A stretch of DNA of 64,000 bases from a virus. The stretch is taken from IMG/VR virus record IMGVR_UViG_3300045836_000088, positions 8,595 to 72,594 of that record; one strand, given 5' to 3'. A program made the position numbers and the translations under genes. The notes under the pieces were generated by a model that was given only the letters and a program-made list of their open reading frames with translations, was not told the DNA's origin and did not search any database. Below are positions 31,603-40,655 of this stretch, in pieces. Each line of letters starts with the position of its first letter. The first letter of the stretch is position 1.

Positions 31603-31993
31603 TTTTCTTCTTGAAATTTTCGCTTGCCTCCTCAAATGGGTTGCGGTGCTCTTTGATTTCAGTCTTGGTGGTTACAGTAGTTTCTTTAACTGTAGTTTCG
31701 GTATTTGATATGCCTTTGGTAGTTCTTTCAATATTTAACAGCTTGTCACTCTTATCAAAAAGCACCATTACGCGGGTGAATATAGTATCGTTTTTGTCTG
31801 ACTTGATATAGTTAAGGTTTTTACCGTTCTCCCCGGCTTTACCAGTCCTGATCTTGATTAAATCTTGAGCATAGCCATCGCTAATTAGATTAAGCTCTAC
31901 AAGTAGACTACTGGCACCATTCAAAGCACCATGTGCCCACTCAATGTATTCCTGCACTTCTTTTGGCAGATTATCTAAGTTTGGTTTCTCCAT
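31586..31993 (-). CDS. Candidate terminase small subunit
   Basis: Helical 135-aa ORF overlapping the terL start; positional inference only. Confidence 0.45.
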   Translation of the reverse strand: MEKPNLDNLPKEVQEYIEWAHGALNGASSLLVELNLISDGYAQDLIKIRTGKAGENGKNLNYIKSDKNDTIFTRVMVLFDKSDKLLNIERTTKGISNTETTVKETTVTTKTEIKEHRNPFEEASENFKKKNAAKA

Positions 31994-32729
31994 ACTTTAA
32001 CTTTTCTTTAATCACTCCTTTAGCCTTAAACTCTTTTTTGTAAGCGTCATATAATTGCTGGCCTTTTACACTCATCGTATAGTAGACGTAAACACCTTTT
32101 TTAAACCGCTCCACATATCCATCTTTAAGCAATAGTTTCAGCCCTCTATCTGCTCTGAACCTTGTTATCCCCCAATCAGCGCCATTATCAGCCCTAAACA
32201 TTTGATAATGGCGCATAATCAACAAGACCTCTACACATATCTGCTCCAATCCGTACTTTTCAGTTATACTCTGTAAAACATAGAAAGAGCTTATACCTGC
32301 CGCTATAGATACATCTGCCGACCTTACACTCCTTACCTGTTTCTTGTATATCTGTTCCGCTATAACTTTAGCCTGAGAATAGATAGTGCTTTTATACTTC
32401 CGCTTTTCGATAGTTAGCTTTTTCTTTTCCTCGACTAACTTTTTGGCATAATTGCGCCGTATTTCTCGTACAAGCGCATTTGCCTGCGGTTCAAGCTTAT
32501 GGATTCGGCGTTTGAAAAACCTCACATAAGCCTGTTGATTTTCTATTTTACGCCACAGTTCCGGGATAATTACCGCTTTGATATACTTTACTGACTTACC
32601 TTGTGTAATCAGACGTTTTTCACGCGGCTTTCTGATTTTATTGAAGTCTGCCTTTTCTTTCGGTGATTCAGAAATATCTACAGCAATAAAACCGCTTTTT
32701 TTTATCCAAAAACCTTTTTTGCGTGGCAT
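31971..32729 (-). CDS. Basic protein with C-terminal winged-helix (MarR-like) domain
   Basis: GLKLLLKDGYVERF...YTMSVKGQQL winged-helix signature. Confidence 0.6.
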   Translation of the reverse strand: MPRKKGFWIKKSGFIAVDISESPKEKADFNKIRKPREKRLITQGKSVKYIKAVIIPELWRKIENQQAYVRFFKRRIHKLEPQANALVREIRRNYAKKLVEEKKKLTIEKRKYKSTIYSQAKVIAEQIYKKQVRSVRSADVSIAAGISSFYVLQSITEKYGLEQICVEVLLIMRHYQMFRADNGADWGITRFRADRGLKLLLKDGYVERFKKGVYVYYTMSVKGQQLYDAYKKEFKAKGVIKEKLKYGETKLR

Positions 32730-32731
32730 AA

Positions 32732-33331
32732 TCAGGAAGCTTTGTCTAAAATTTTACCTACAATCTCATGTTCCATGATCTTCACATATTCCTTATCCTG
32801 ATATTTGATTGTATAGTTATTCTTATCAATGCTTAAAACAGTATCACCAACATCAAACACGTTATTTTCAGGCACAACAACTATTTTAAGACGTAGATTA
32901 TCTTTCTTGCCGCCTTGAATGATGATACCACCATCAGTTACTTTCTCCTGTTCAAATACAGGTTCGGCTAGATATAAGTCTTTTACTGGCTTAATTTTCC
33001 CGTCTTGCTCAATGGTAAAGAATACGAAATAGGCATCTATCCAATAGCCATCGTCATGCTTTTCTGCTGTCTCATAGGCCATGTAATGCACAAATAATCT
33101 ATCACCAACCTTGTATGGGTATTTACTATTGGCATGGATTACAGTACATATTTGGGGGTCTGTTTCAAGCTTATTATGGTTCTCGTCAAACTTTGTGTGA
33201 GTTTCAGCGTCACCATGCGAGTATAGCCACATATCAGGTCTGATAATGTCTATTCCATTAAATCCTTTGCCAACTACTTTATTATGTGATGTATCAAACT
33301 GTACTACTAATTGTCCGTTAATGCAATTCAT
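32732..33331 (-). CDS. GroES-like (tandem) co-chaperonin
   Basis: KPVKDLYLAEPV..EKVTDGGIII...VGDTVL..Y.I..EY..M..HEI; the N-half also has KVGDRLFVHY. Confidence 0.6.
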   Translation of the reverse strand: MNCINGQLVVQFDTSHNKVVGKGFNGIDIIRPDMWLYSHGDAETHTKFDENHNKLETDPQICTVIHANSKYPYKVGDRLFVHYMAYETAEKHDDGYWIDAYFVFFTIEQDGKIKPVKDLYLAEPVFEQEKVTDGGIIIQGGKKDNLRLKIVVVPENNVFDVGDTVLSIDKNNYTIKYQDKEYVKIMEHEIVGKILDKAS

Positions 33332-33352
33332 ATAATTTCGCTCTGTCTATAC

Positions 33353-33396
33353 CAAAATTACCCCTTAAAAACACGTGATTTTGAGCACTACATTTG
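33353..33396. promoter_or_regulatory. Overlapping divergent promoters of the AAAA-N18-TAnnTTTG class
   Basis: Minus copy 33353-33382 (TAATTTTG); plus copy 33367-33396 (TACATTTG). Confidence 0.55.
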
Positions 33397-33429
33397 GTGT
33401 AGATTAATCACTTTAAAAAGTAAAAAGTC

Positions 33430-33660
33430 ATGGCGAATTTTATTCAGGTTACAGTTTATCAGGATTTAGACGGAAATGCAGTAGCGGGTGTTGCCCGTCA
33501 GCTTGCAGTTAAAAATTGCTTTCAGTTTATTCCTGACACCAGTGTTGCAAATGCTAACACGCGTATTGAGGTTCTTTACAACAAAGACAATGCGTTAAAG
33601 TCAGGAAGGTTGTATGTATCAGAAGCGGCAACTGCATTGACTACTGCCGCAAACACCTAA
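33430..33660 (+). CDS. Small protein on the opposite strand, possibly a virion decoration protein
   Basis: Own promoter and terminator; Ala/Thr/Val-rich. Confidence 0.6.
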   Translation: MANFIQVTVYQDLDGNAVAGVARQLAVKNCFQFIPDTSVANANTRIEVLYNKDNALKSGRLYVSEAATALTTAANT

Positions 33661-33702
33661 ATTGGTTTTTTAATAGGTTGATTTATGTTTAATTAGGGGA
33701 AA

Positions 33703-33768
33703 GGCCGCTGTAAAAAGCGGCTTTTTTGTTGTAATAAAAAAGCACGTGCCAATCGGTTACGTGCTTTT
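33703..33768. terminator. Two convergent intrinsic terminators
   Basis: GCCGCT...AGCGGC-T6 on +, and A6-GCACGT...ACGTGC on -. Confidence 0.65.
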
Positions 33769-33795
33769 AATATATAATGGAGAGTTTGAGTGCTA

Positions 33796-34089
33796 TTAAA
33801 TAGTTGGGAATCCAGCTTTGCCGATATAAACCCAAAGACTTTGCGGCGCAACTACGCTTCCTGCTTCAACGCCTTGATCTTTAAGTTCAGGGTGGTTTTC
33901 AATATCGCTTTCAGTGATAACATACACTTCTGCTGTAGCTGCTTTTTCTTTTGATACCGAAGCTTCGTTATGAACTACTGGTTCGTTTAATGGTGCTTGT
34001 TCTGGTTGTTGTGTCTCGATTGCTGCCTGAGTTTCAACAACTGGGGGTGTGCTTTCTGGAGCTTGTGTTCCTTGTTCTGTATTTTCCAT
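33796..34089 (-). CDS. Acidic hypothetical protein
   Basis: 97 aa; promoter motif at 34111-34140. Confidence 0.55.
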   Translation of the reverse strand: MENTEQGTQAPESTPPVVETQAAIETQQPEQAPLNEPVVHNEASVSKEKAATAEVYVITESDIENHPELKDQGVEAGSVVAPQSLWVYIGKAGFPTI

Positions 34090-34183
34090 AATTACTACTT
34101 GATTTTTTTATAAAAGTAGATAATAAAAAACCCCGCTTTTGGCAGGGCTTCATTGTTAGAAATATATGATAGAGATGAATAAT

Positions 34184-34354
34184 TTAAGTGTTTTTGGGTG
34201 CTGAATTGATGCCATGTTCAAGTTTTTCAATCTCTTGATTCTTATACATTATCATAAGCATAATCACATCTTCATTTCGAAACACACCATCATTATATTG
34301 CCATTCTTTGGCTTTTTGATCTAAATACCAATTTATCATTTCTTGTGGTTTCAT
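34184..34354 (-). CDS. Hypothetical 56-aa protein (not in ORF track)
   Basis: MKPQEMINWYLDQKAKEW...; preceded by the AACCGCTAAAAAC leader motif. Confidence 0.45.
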   Translation of the reverse strand: MKPQEMINWYLDQKAKEWQYNDGVFRNEDVIMLMIMYKNQEIEKLEHGINSAPKNT

Positions 34355-34381
34355 GTTTTTTTGGTTTTTAGCGGTTATAAT

Positions 34382-35188
34382 TTAATTAAGAGCATTATTT
34401 ACTACCATTTCATCACTCGCCTCATCACCCCATGCAGTAACGATCAAATATCCACTTACACCGTTATCATGGACTATTGGGTATAATACTACAGGGTCAG
34501 GAATCTCTTTTATTAACTTATGCCCCTCTTGCTTATAGCCTTTCATATCCATATCTTTAATTGGGGCGCATATGAACAATTTTGGAGTTCCTTCTATACA
34601 ATAATAAGAATTACCTATACCATTACCTCTCAGATCGTTTTTAAGTTGAATATAACTTTCATAATGTTCTTTCGTAATTAACTTTCGGTCACCAAATCCG
34701 AAACTCACATAATAACAACTTTTAAGATCAGGATGAGAATTATAAAACTGCTCTATTTGAGTTAAGTTTTTAGCTGGAACAAAGCCCTTATATTGGCTTA
34801 CTTCACCAAGCACTAGGTTGTATTTTTCACAAATCTTTTTTGCTATTTCTTCAGAAACGAACTTATAATTTGGATATAGTATTTTATAATCACTTACTAC
34901 TTGACTTATATTTTTTTGTTCTTCAGTGGCTTTTTTAAATTCATTTAGGCTTACCACTTCTTTCGTCGATGTAAACCCAAATTCATTCAGCTTATTTGCC
35001 TTTTCTTGATTTGATAAGGTTATACTAGATAGTATATTATTAGCTGATGCAAGTAATTTATCACCAGCAGTCATAAATTCGTTATGAATTTCCTGAACTT
35101 CTTTAGGGTATGTATTTGATACAACTTCCATTGCATCAGTTTCTAACTCTGATTTGGCTTCTGATTTTAAAAAATTAAAAATTTTCAT
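34382..35188 (-). CDS. Hypothetical phage protein
   Basis: 268 aa ending PDPVVL...YLIVTAWGDEA. Confidence 0.65.
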   Translation of the reverse strand: MKIFNFLKSEAKSELETDAMEVVSNTYPKEVQEIHNEFMTAGDKLLASANNILSSITLSNQEKANKLNEFGFTSTKEVVSLNEFKKATEEQKNISQVVSDYKILYPNYKFVSEEIAKKICEKYNLVLGEVSQYKGFVPAKNLTQIEQFYNSHPDLKSCYYVSFGFGDRKLITKEHYESYIQLKNDLRGNGIGNSYYCIEGTPKLFICAPIKDMDMKGYKQEGHKLIKEIPDPVVLYPIVHDNGVSGYLIVTAWGDEASDEMVVNNALN

Positions 35189-35216
35189 GTGTTTAGTTTT
35201 TTTGACGGTTATTTAA

Positions 35217-35915
35217 TTATTGCGCTACTGCTACTGGCTCTCCCCATAAAGATAGTTGGCTATCATCATTCTTTGCTGACTTCTTGCGCCTAATATGAAC
35301 TACTTTGCATTCTTCCTGTTCTTCAATAGCTTTTACTAAGCTTAAAGTATCATCTGAGAAATAAATATTGGCACTGATTACATTTCCTTGCTCATCTGTA
35401 TTCTTGGATGATGTTATTTTAAATTGTCGCTCAGTATCGTACTTGTCTGTTGTATTTACTTCCAGTTCGCCAAACTTATCATTGCTGAAAACAATCTCGT
35501 CTAAATTTTCGTGATCTATCAGCATCGCAATGTTCATCTTATTGATAAGCTCGTTTGGATGATAGCCAAAACGAGTTGCGGCTTCGTAATTGCAATCTTT
35601 GATTAATCCTAACGGAGATATTGTAATGGTAGGCTTTTGTTGTTTACCCAACTTATAAGTGATGTTATTTGGTAAATCAAAGTTGACAATCATCTTTTTG
35701 ATGTCAGACATGTTAGCTTTACGTTTAATGGCTTTTGCTGCCTCATTACCTACATTACGTAGTGTAACTTCAAGCATGTGAGCATACATCGAATAGAGGA
35801 TGATTGTTAAATCTTTTGCTTCCTCTTTGTTGTCTACTGACATATATTCTATCACCGCTGCTTTGAACTCAGGGTGAATTAGCGCATCTAAAATGGTTCT
35901 CCTAATAGTTCTCAT
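35217..35915 (-). CDS. PAS-domain-containing protein
   Basis: ITISPLGLIKDCNYEAATRFGYHPNELINKMNIAMLID...NTDEQGNVISA fits the PAS signature. Confidence 0.65.
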   Translation of the reverse strand: MRTIRRTILDALIHPEFKAAVIEYMSVDNKEEAKDLTIILYSMYAHMLEVTLRNVGNEAAKAIKRKANMSDIKKMIVNFDLPNNITYKLGKQQKPTITISPLGLIKDCNYEAATRFGYHPNELINKMNIAMLIDHENLDEIVFSNDKFGELEVNTTDKYDTERQFKITSSKNTDEQGNVISANIYFSDDTLSLVKAIEEQEECKVVHIRRKKSAKNDDSQLSLWGEPVAVAQ

Positions 35916-36008
35916 CGTTTTTGGGTGTTAAGTTGTTTTTGTTAGTATAAATTTAGGGATAAGTATTTGGTATTTAGGCTATTGTTCAAAAATAGGAGAT
36001 TTCAACAG

Positions 36009-36365
36009 TTAGCTATGAATACCATGTGCAAGCCTGCCTTCGCTAACATTCCTTTCCAATAACCACTTCTCAATCTTATCAGCATTCTGCAAGAGTTCTT
36101 GGCATGTTTGGTTAGGAAGTTTACCGGCCTGATCTAACGCTATCAGTCGGTAATCAACTTTTAGTTTATTAATAGGTGGCAAAAAAGCTAACTCATCTAA
36201 TAGTATATGTTTATCTTTCCTACCATCATAGCTTTTCTCAGATTGTTGAGATAAAGAATCTATTGAGCTTCTTTGGTAATTATTTGCTTGTAAATTATCT
36301 TCTGCTTTCATTTTTTTTAAAATTTTATCTTGTTTAAATATTAACCATAAAGTGCCCAATGCCAT
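36009..36365 (-). CDS. Hypothetical protein
   Basis: 118-aa ORF in operon. Confidence 0.5.
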   Translation of the reverse strand: MALGTLWLIFKQDKILKKMKAEDNLQANNYQRSSIDSLSQQSEKSYDGRKDKHILLDELAFLPPINKLKVDYRLIALDQAGKLPNQTCQELLQNADKIEKWLLERNVSEGRLAHGIHS

Positions 36366-36367
36366 AA

Positions 36368-36742
36368 TCAGATAATTTTTAAGTCGTTTTCAATTTCTGC
36401 TATTTGTTGTTTAAAATCCTTGTCGGAGTAAATTAGGTCTTCAACTGTTTGAATACCGTAGATCACTGTTGAATGGTTCTTTCCTCCTAATTTCTCACCT
36501 ATTGCTGCCAAGCTCATTTTAGTATACTTATCAAGAAAGTACATTGCTATTTGCCTTGCTTTTACTATCTCACGCTTGTTTGTTTTTTCTGATATTTTAA
36601 GCGGACTTATCTTGTAATAGTTGCATACTACGTATACTATCCAATTGGCATTTTGCAATTTAAAGTCGTGTTGAATGGTATCATGTAACCCTACAAAAAT
36701 TTCAGGGCTTATCATTTCTTTTACTGGTGCTTGTGCTATCAT
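36368..36742 (-). CDS. DnaA C-terminal (domain IV)-like HTH protein
   Basis: KREIVKARQIAMYF...SLAAIGEKLGGKNHSTVIYG. Confidence 0.85.
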   Translation of the reverse strand: MIAQAPVKEMISPEIFVGLHDTIQHDFKLQNANWIVYVVCNYYKISPLKISEKTNKREIVKARQIAMYFLDKYTKMSLAAIGEKLGGKNHSTVIYGIQTVEDLIYSDKDFKQQIAEIENDLKII

Positions 36743-37068
36743 TTTGAATTTCTTATGGCAATCAACTTGCCGTTAACATATAGTTCCTGATATTTCTCTG
36801 ATCTGTAGCCTACCGTACTTAGGTTTTTAATTTGTCCTTTCTTTGTTTCTTCTGCCCAAGCAAAGAAGCAGGGAGCTATAAAACCTAATTTTTTAACGTA
36901 ACGGTAGTCATTGGTAAATTCATAGTCGTAGTTTCCTTCATCTATAAACTCCTTTACTGTTTTTATAAATCGTTCTCTTAATTCTTCTTTTTCGATTAAG
37001 TGCGTATCTAAAAGCTGGCCGGGAGTTAGTTTATGAAGTTGGGCATAGACCTTTTCTTTAAAGGTCAT
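36739..37068 (-). CDS. Hypothetical protein
   Basis: ATGA-coupled 109-aa ORF. Confidence 0.5.
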   Translation of the reverse strand: MTFKEKVYAQLHKLTPGQLLDTHLIEKEELRERFIKTVKEFIDEGNYDYEFTNDYRYVKKLGFIAPCFFAWAEETKKGQIKNLSTVGYRSEKYQELYVNGKLIAIRNSK

Positions 37069-37928
37069 GTGGTAAGTGATTTTAGCAATTCTTTAGCTAT
37101 TGCTCGTACGACTGGTTCACTAACGCCATTGCCACATAGTTTATAACGCCGGCCATCGCTTAACTCCTTTACTAGTCCATTGAATTTTCCATACTTTGTC
37201 CAGTTGTCCGGCAATCCCTGTAAGCGTTCGCATTCTATAGGGGTGCACTCTCTTATTCTTCCATCTGTGGTTACTATGAATGTCCCGTTCCAATTCGAGT
37301 ACTGTCTTGCCCTTTGTGTAAGTGCAACATTGTAAGTTTCTTTCTCAATCTCTCCGAATCCGATACAAACTCCGACTTCTTCTCCGAAAGGAAATACTTG
37401 TCTGCTACCTGATCCTCTAAGATGTCCGACAAAGTATAACCGCTCTCTATTTTGGGGTAGAAACCAGCGTGTATTAAAAAGCTGCATTTCAATGTCGTAT
37501 TGTGGACAACTTTCATTAAGGTAGGCGAGTACTTCAAGGCTTTCAATGATGTCAATTCCTTCATTGACAGAGAGCAGCCCGTGTACGTTTTCAGCAACGA
37601 AATTCCGAGGTTTAAATTTGTTGATGATTTTAACTGCCTCGTACAATAAGCCGCTTCGTGTACCTTCTCGTTGTCCTTTGCGCTTTCCAGCAATGCTGTT
37701 ATCCTGGCAAGGCCATCCGAAAGTAAAGAGGTCAAGTTCTTTGATAATTCCGGTAGAGCAAATAGTGTCGATTGATCCTGCATAAATTGAGTTTGGGAAA
37801 TTGTAACTGTAGTTAGCTATTGCATACTTATCTATTTCTGAGAAATAACAGGTATCAAACTTCCATCCTGCGTTCTCAAAGCCTAAATGGAATCCTCCGT
37901 AACCTGAAAATCCGTCTAAGTAATTCAT
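37065..37928 (-). CDS. DNA cytosine-C5 methyltransferase (alpha subunit)
   Basis: FSGYGG, PCQ, ENV, PQNRERLY, RECTPIECERLQGLP and YKLCGNGV motifs. Confidence 0.92.
   Translation of the reverse strand: MNYLDGFSGYGGFHLGFENAGWKFDTCYFSEIDKYAIANYSYNFPNSIYAGSIDTICSTGIIKELDLFTFGWPCQDNSIAGKRKGQREGTRSGLLYEAVKIINKFKPRNFVAENVHGLLSVNEGIDIIESLEVLAYLNESCPQYDIEMQLFNTRWFLPQNRERLYFVGHLRGSGSRQVFPFGEEVGVCIGFGEIEKETYNVALTQRARQYSNWNGTFIVTTDGRIRECTPIECERLQGLPDNWTKYGKFNGLVKELSDGRRYKLCGNGVSEPVVRAIAKELLKSLTT
37274..37783 (-). CDS. Overprinted M.EcoHK31I-beta-like polypeptide nested in the methyltransferase
   Basis: Alternative-frame ORF on the same strand with YPKIESGYTLSDILEDQVADKYFLSEK, the beta-subunit-type motif. 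Confidence 0.65.
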   Translation of the reverse strand: MQDQSTLFALPELSKNLTSLLSDGLARITALLESAKDNEKVHEAAYCTRQLKSSTNLNLGISLLKTYTGCSLSMKELTSLKALKYSPTLMKVVHNTTLKCSFLIHAGFYPKIESGYTLSDILEDQVADKYFLSEKKSEFVSDSERLRKKLTMLHLHKGQDSTRIGTGHS

Positions 37929-37966
37929 ATCTCTGTTAGTATTTAAGTGGTTTTTTGACGGTTTAA

Positions 37967-39895
37967 TTAAAATGGTGGTTCTTGGTCATCTACTTCTCCT
38001 AAGTCTGGAGCAATAATTTTTGAGTTATCATATCCGTAATTGGGTGTTATTTTAAATTCTGTTTGTACTACTCTGCTCGGATCGAATACATTAAATTTAG
38101 GCTTATAGAACTCACTATTTTCGATAGCTTTTTGCATGTAATCAGTTCCGCTAAAAATGAAACGCCTTGTTCTCCTGTTGAAGTTGAACGTGACTGTTCC
38201 CTTTCTGCCTACTATCTTTTGCCTCCTGATTTTCTTGGAATGAAGCTCACACAAATCACTTGACGGATCTACTTGGTGGTTTGGCCTGTTGTAGATTAAA
38301 ATATTATCCATCTTGTTATTCCACATCGCACCATCAGCTATATCAAACACATCAGGGCAAGGGTAATTCCCATGTGCGTCTTTTTTAGCACCTCCTTTTG
38401 GATGCGCCACAATTGAGAAGAATAGGTTATTTTGCTTTGAAAATCTTGCGCAGTCACTAAGAAATGTCTCAAGGTATTTATCAGTTCTGCCACCTGCGCT
38501 GCCATAATCGTTAGCCAATTGGTTGAATGGGTCTATCACTACCCCTTTTACTTTTTCTTTGATTATAAGCTCTAAAAATCGCTCTTTAATATACTGAGGT
38601 GTTGGGCTTAAGTCTTTTGGGTAGACATAGAATAAATACTTACTGATAAAGTCGTATGCGTTCTCGTAAGCGTCCTGTGAAGGTTGATTTGGATTATCAG
38701 GAGTACAATCACATCCCAATAGCGTTTCCGTTAAATTGTGGTAAAAATCAACATCCATTTCCTCAGGGGTGAAAAAAGCGTACTTCTCCCCATACATCAA
38801 AATGCGCATAAGAAGTTTCCAACTCCAGAATGAACTTTTACCATAGTTTCCGTAACCAGATAATAGCGTTATTTCACCTGAATTAAACTTGAAAATTGCA
38901 TCAAGGTCAGTAACTCCTACCCCCTTGACTGCCTTATATCCATTCCTGTAAATATCTAATGCACCTTCCTTTACGTCCTCGCCAAAGATTACGTCTTTAG
39001 GTTTGACGTTTAAGTCAACCATTTCCTGAGTGATCTCAATTTCTTTTCGTAAGGTTTTGTCTACCAGTACATCCTTATCGAATTGAGCCGAACCAAATAG
39101 GTTTTTATTGGATTTGTAGGCACTTTTAATCGTGGTGGCACATTCATGCTCTGAAAACTTATTTGCGCCTATATCGAAGTTATTTTGGATAAATCCGTAG
39201 GTAACTTCTTCTTCAAGACCAAACCTACAACAAGCGGAAGCTAACTTGAAAATGAAAATATTGCGTTCCCCTGTTACAAAGGCATCACCCTTATTGGTTA
39301 GCCATGTTACAATTTTGTCGAATATTTGAGCCTCGTTAGCTAACGTTTGCTTTACCTCAACCTTTTCAACAACTTTTACTTTGGTGAATACTTTTGCTGA
39401 CTTGTTGATGTAAATTTCAGGGTCGTAGCTCTCGTAGCATACACGGCTTTCATTGGAACCGCTTTTATCAGCATCGGTGAACATTTCACATAATGCTTCA
39501 AAGTGTTGCCTGTGTTGTTTACCGTCCGCTATTTTGACAAGCATTTTTACGCCGTTGTTGCGTGGAGAAATCCAGCAAGCGTAAGCGTATTCTGATTCGC
39601 ACAACTGTTTTTTCCGGCTTTCAGCGTCAAATATGTTATCGAAGTCAAGTATGATAAATCCGCTGTGCTTGATAAGGAGTTCATCTTTTCGCTCATTGAA
39701 CTCACCGGAGAAACATACGCTTGGCAATCCACGCTTCAGGCTGTCTTGCCTTTCCTTGTCCAAGTAGGAACGAATTTCAGTTATGGTGGCTTTACTTGCC
39801 CCTTTCTTGATACGCTCTAAAGCCTTGTCAATTGGGATATGAAAAGCTTGCTTATCGTAAATATTTTTGAATATCGTGCATTTCATAGCTACCAC
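37967..39895 (-). CDS. Primase-helicase (BT4734/VirE-N-like primase, PriCT, SF4 helicase)
   Basis: HSGFIILDFD, ISPRNNGVK, SRVCYESYDP, GERN, Walker A GYGNYGKS, VIDPFNQL and VAHP motifs. Confidence 0.85.
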   Translation of the reverse strand: MVAMKCTIFKNIYDKQAFHIPIDKALERIKKGASKATITEIRSYLDKERQDSLKRGLPSVCFSGEFNERKDELLIKHSGFIILDFDNIFDAESRKKQLCESEYAYACWISPRNNGVKMLVKIADGKQHRQHFEALCEMFTDADKSGSNESRVCYESYDPEIYINKSAKVFTKVKVVEKVEVKQTLANEAQIFDKIVTWLTNKGDAFVTGERNIFIFKLASACCRFGLEEEVTYGFIQNNFDIGANKFSEHECATTIKSAYKSNKNLFGSAQFDKDVLVDKTLRKEIEITQEMVDLNVKPKDVIFGEDVKEGALDIYRNGYKAVKGVGVTDLDAIFKFNSGEITLLSGYGNYGKSSFWSWKLLMRILMYGEKYAFFTPEEMDVDFYHNLTETLLGCDCTPDNPNQPSQDAYENAYDFISKYLFYVYPKDLSPTPQYIKERFLELIIKEKVKGVVIDPFNQLANDYGSAGGRTDKYLETFLSDCARFSKQNNLFFSIVAHPKGGAKKDAHGNYPCPDVFDIADGAMWNNKMDNILIYNRPNHQVDPSSDLCELHSKKIRRQKIVGRKGTVTFNFNRRTRRFIFSGTDYMQKAIENSEFYKPKFNVFDPSRVVQTEFKITPNYGYDNSKIIAPDLGEVDDQEPPF

Positions 39896-40620
39896 TCGTT
39901 GTTTGCTAAAGGTTGATGTTGGCTTTGTTTATTTTCGAAAAGAGGAACCACCACAACTTCATCATTCCAGCATTCACCGTTAAGCCAAGTCAAAGGATTT
40001 TTTCGAAATTTCAATTCAGGAGTTTTTGCAATGTAGGCGGGCAGCACAGTAAGTATTTTTTCATGCAACTTCTCGTCAATACTTACCCACTTTTTTTCGC
40101 ACTTGCGCCTGTCTTCTTTCTTCCCATACATTTCCCAAAAAGTGTCGAAAGACGCAAGTATATGTTTCTTTGTTTCTTTGTTTATTTGTTTATAAGAGTG
40201 TCCGCTTACAAGGGTATCTACCGATCCGCTTACTGATCCATCTACAAGGCCGTCTACCGTTTCTTTACCAGTCCAATTATCGGATAAGTAAGTTAGGCTC
40301 TTATCAAGGCATCCATTAGATAAAATTCTATTATTGATAATGGAAATTACAGTTGGTTTATGTCTGTTATCGGATTTGAATATTATAGATACAAATCCGA
40401 ACTCAACTAATTCGTTTAGTGCCTTCCATACTGTTTTTCTGTTGTTACATCCGCAGGCTGCACAAGCATCATCAGTATTAAAATTGAACTTTTCAGAAAA
40501 GCCTTTACGGTTATTAATTTCTATCAACCACATATACAAGCATCCCTGCATGGGGGTTACTTTTTCAGGGTTTTCAAAAGCAAAGTCAAACCACTGTCTT
40601 GATAATAGATATCCATTCAT
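39889..40620 (-). CDS. Replication initiator (lambda O-like architecture)
   Basis: N-terminal winged helix, central repeat linker, C-terminal FDTFWEMY.KK...KNPLTWLNGECWNDE; immediately upstream of the helicase. Confidence 0.75.
   Translation of the reverse strand: MNGYLLSRQWFDFAFENPEKVTPMQGCLYMWLIEINNRKGFSEKFNFNTDDACAACGCNNRKTVWKALNELVEFGFVSIIFKSDNRHKPTVISIINNRILSNGCLDKSLTYLSDNWTGKETVDGLVDGSVSGSVDTLVSGHSYKQINKETKKHILASFDTFWEMYGKKEDRRKCEKKWVSIDEKLHEKILTVLPAYIAKTPELKFRKNPLTWLNGECWNDEVVVVPLFENKQSQHQPLANNEW
40201..40260. repeat. Five degenerate 12-bp tandem repeats (candidate iterons/origin)
   Basis: TCCGCTTACAAG GGTATCTACCGA TCCGCTTACTGA TCCATCTACAAG GCCGTCTACCGT, inside the initiator gene next to an AT-rich tract. 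Confidence 0.55.
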
Positions 40621-40655
40621 ACTTACGTTTTGTAAAAGCGTTAAAGACAAAAAAA

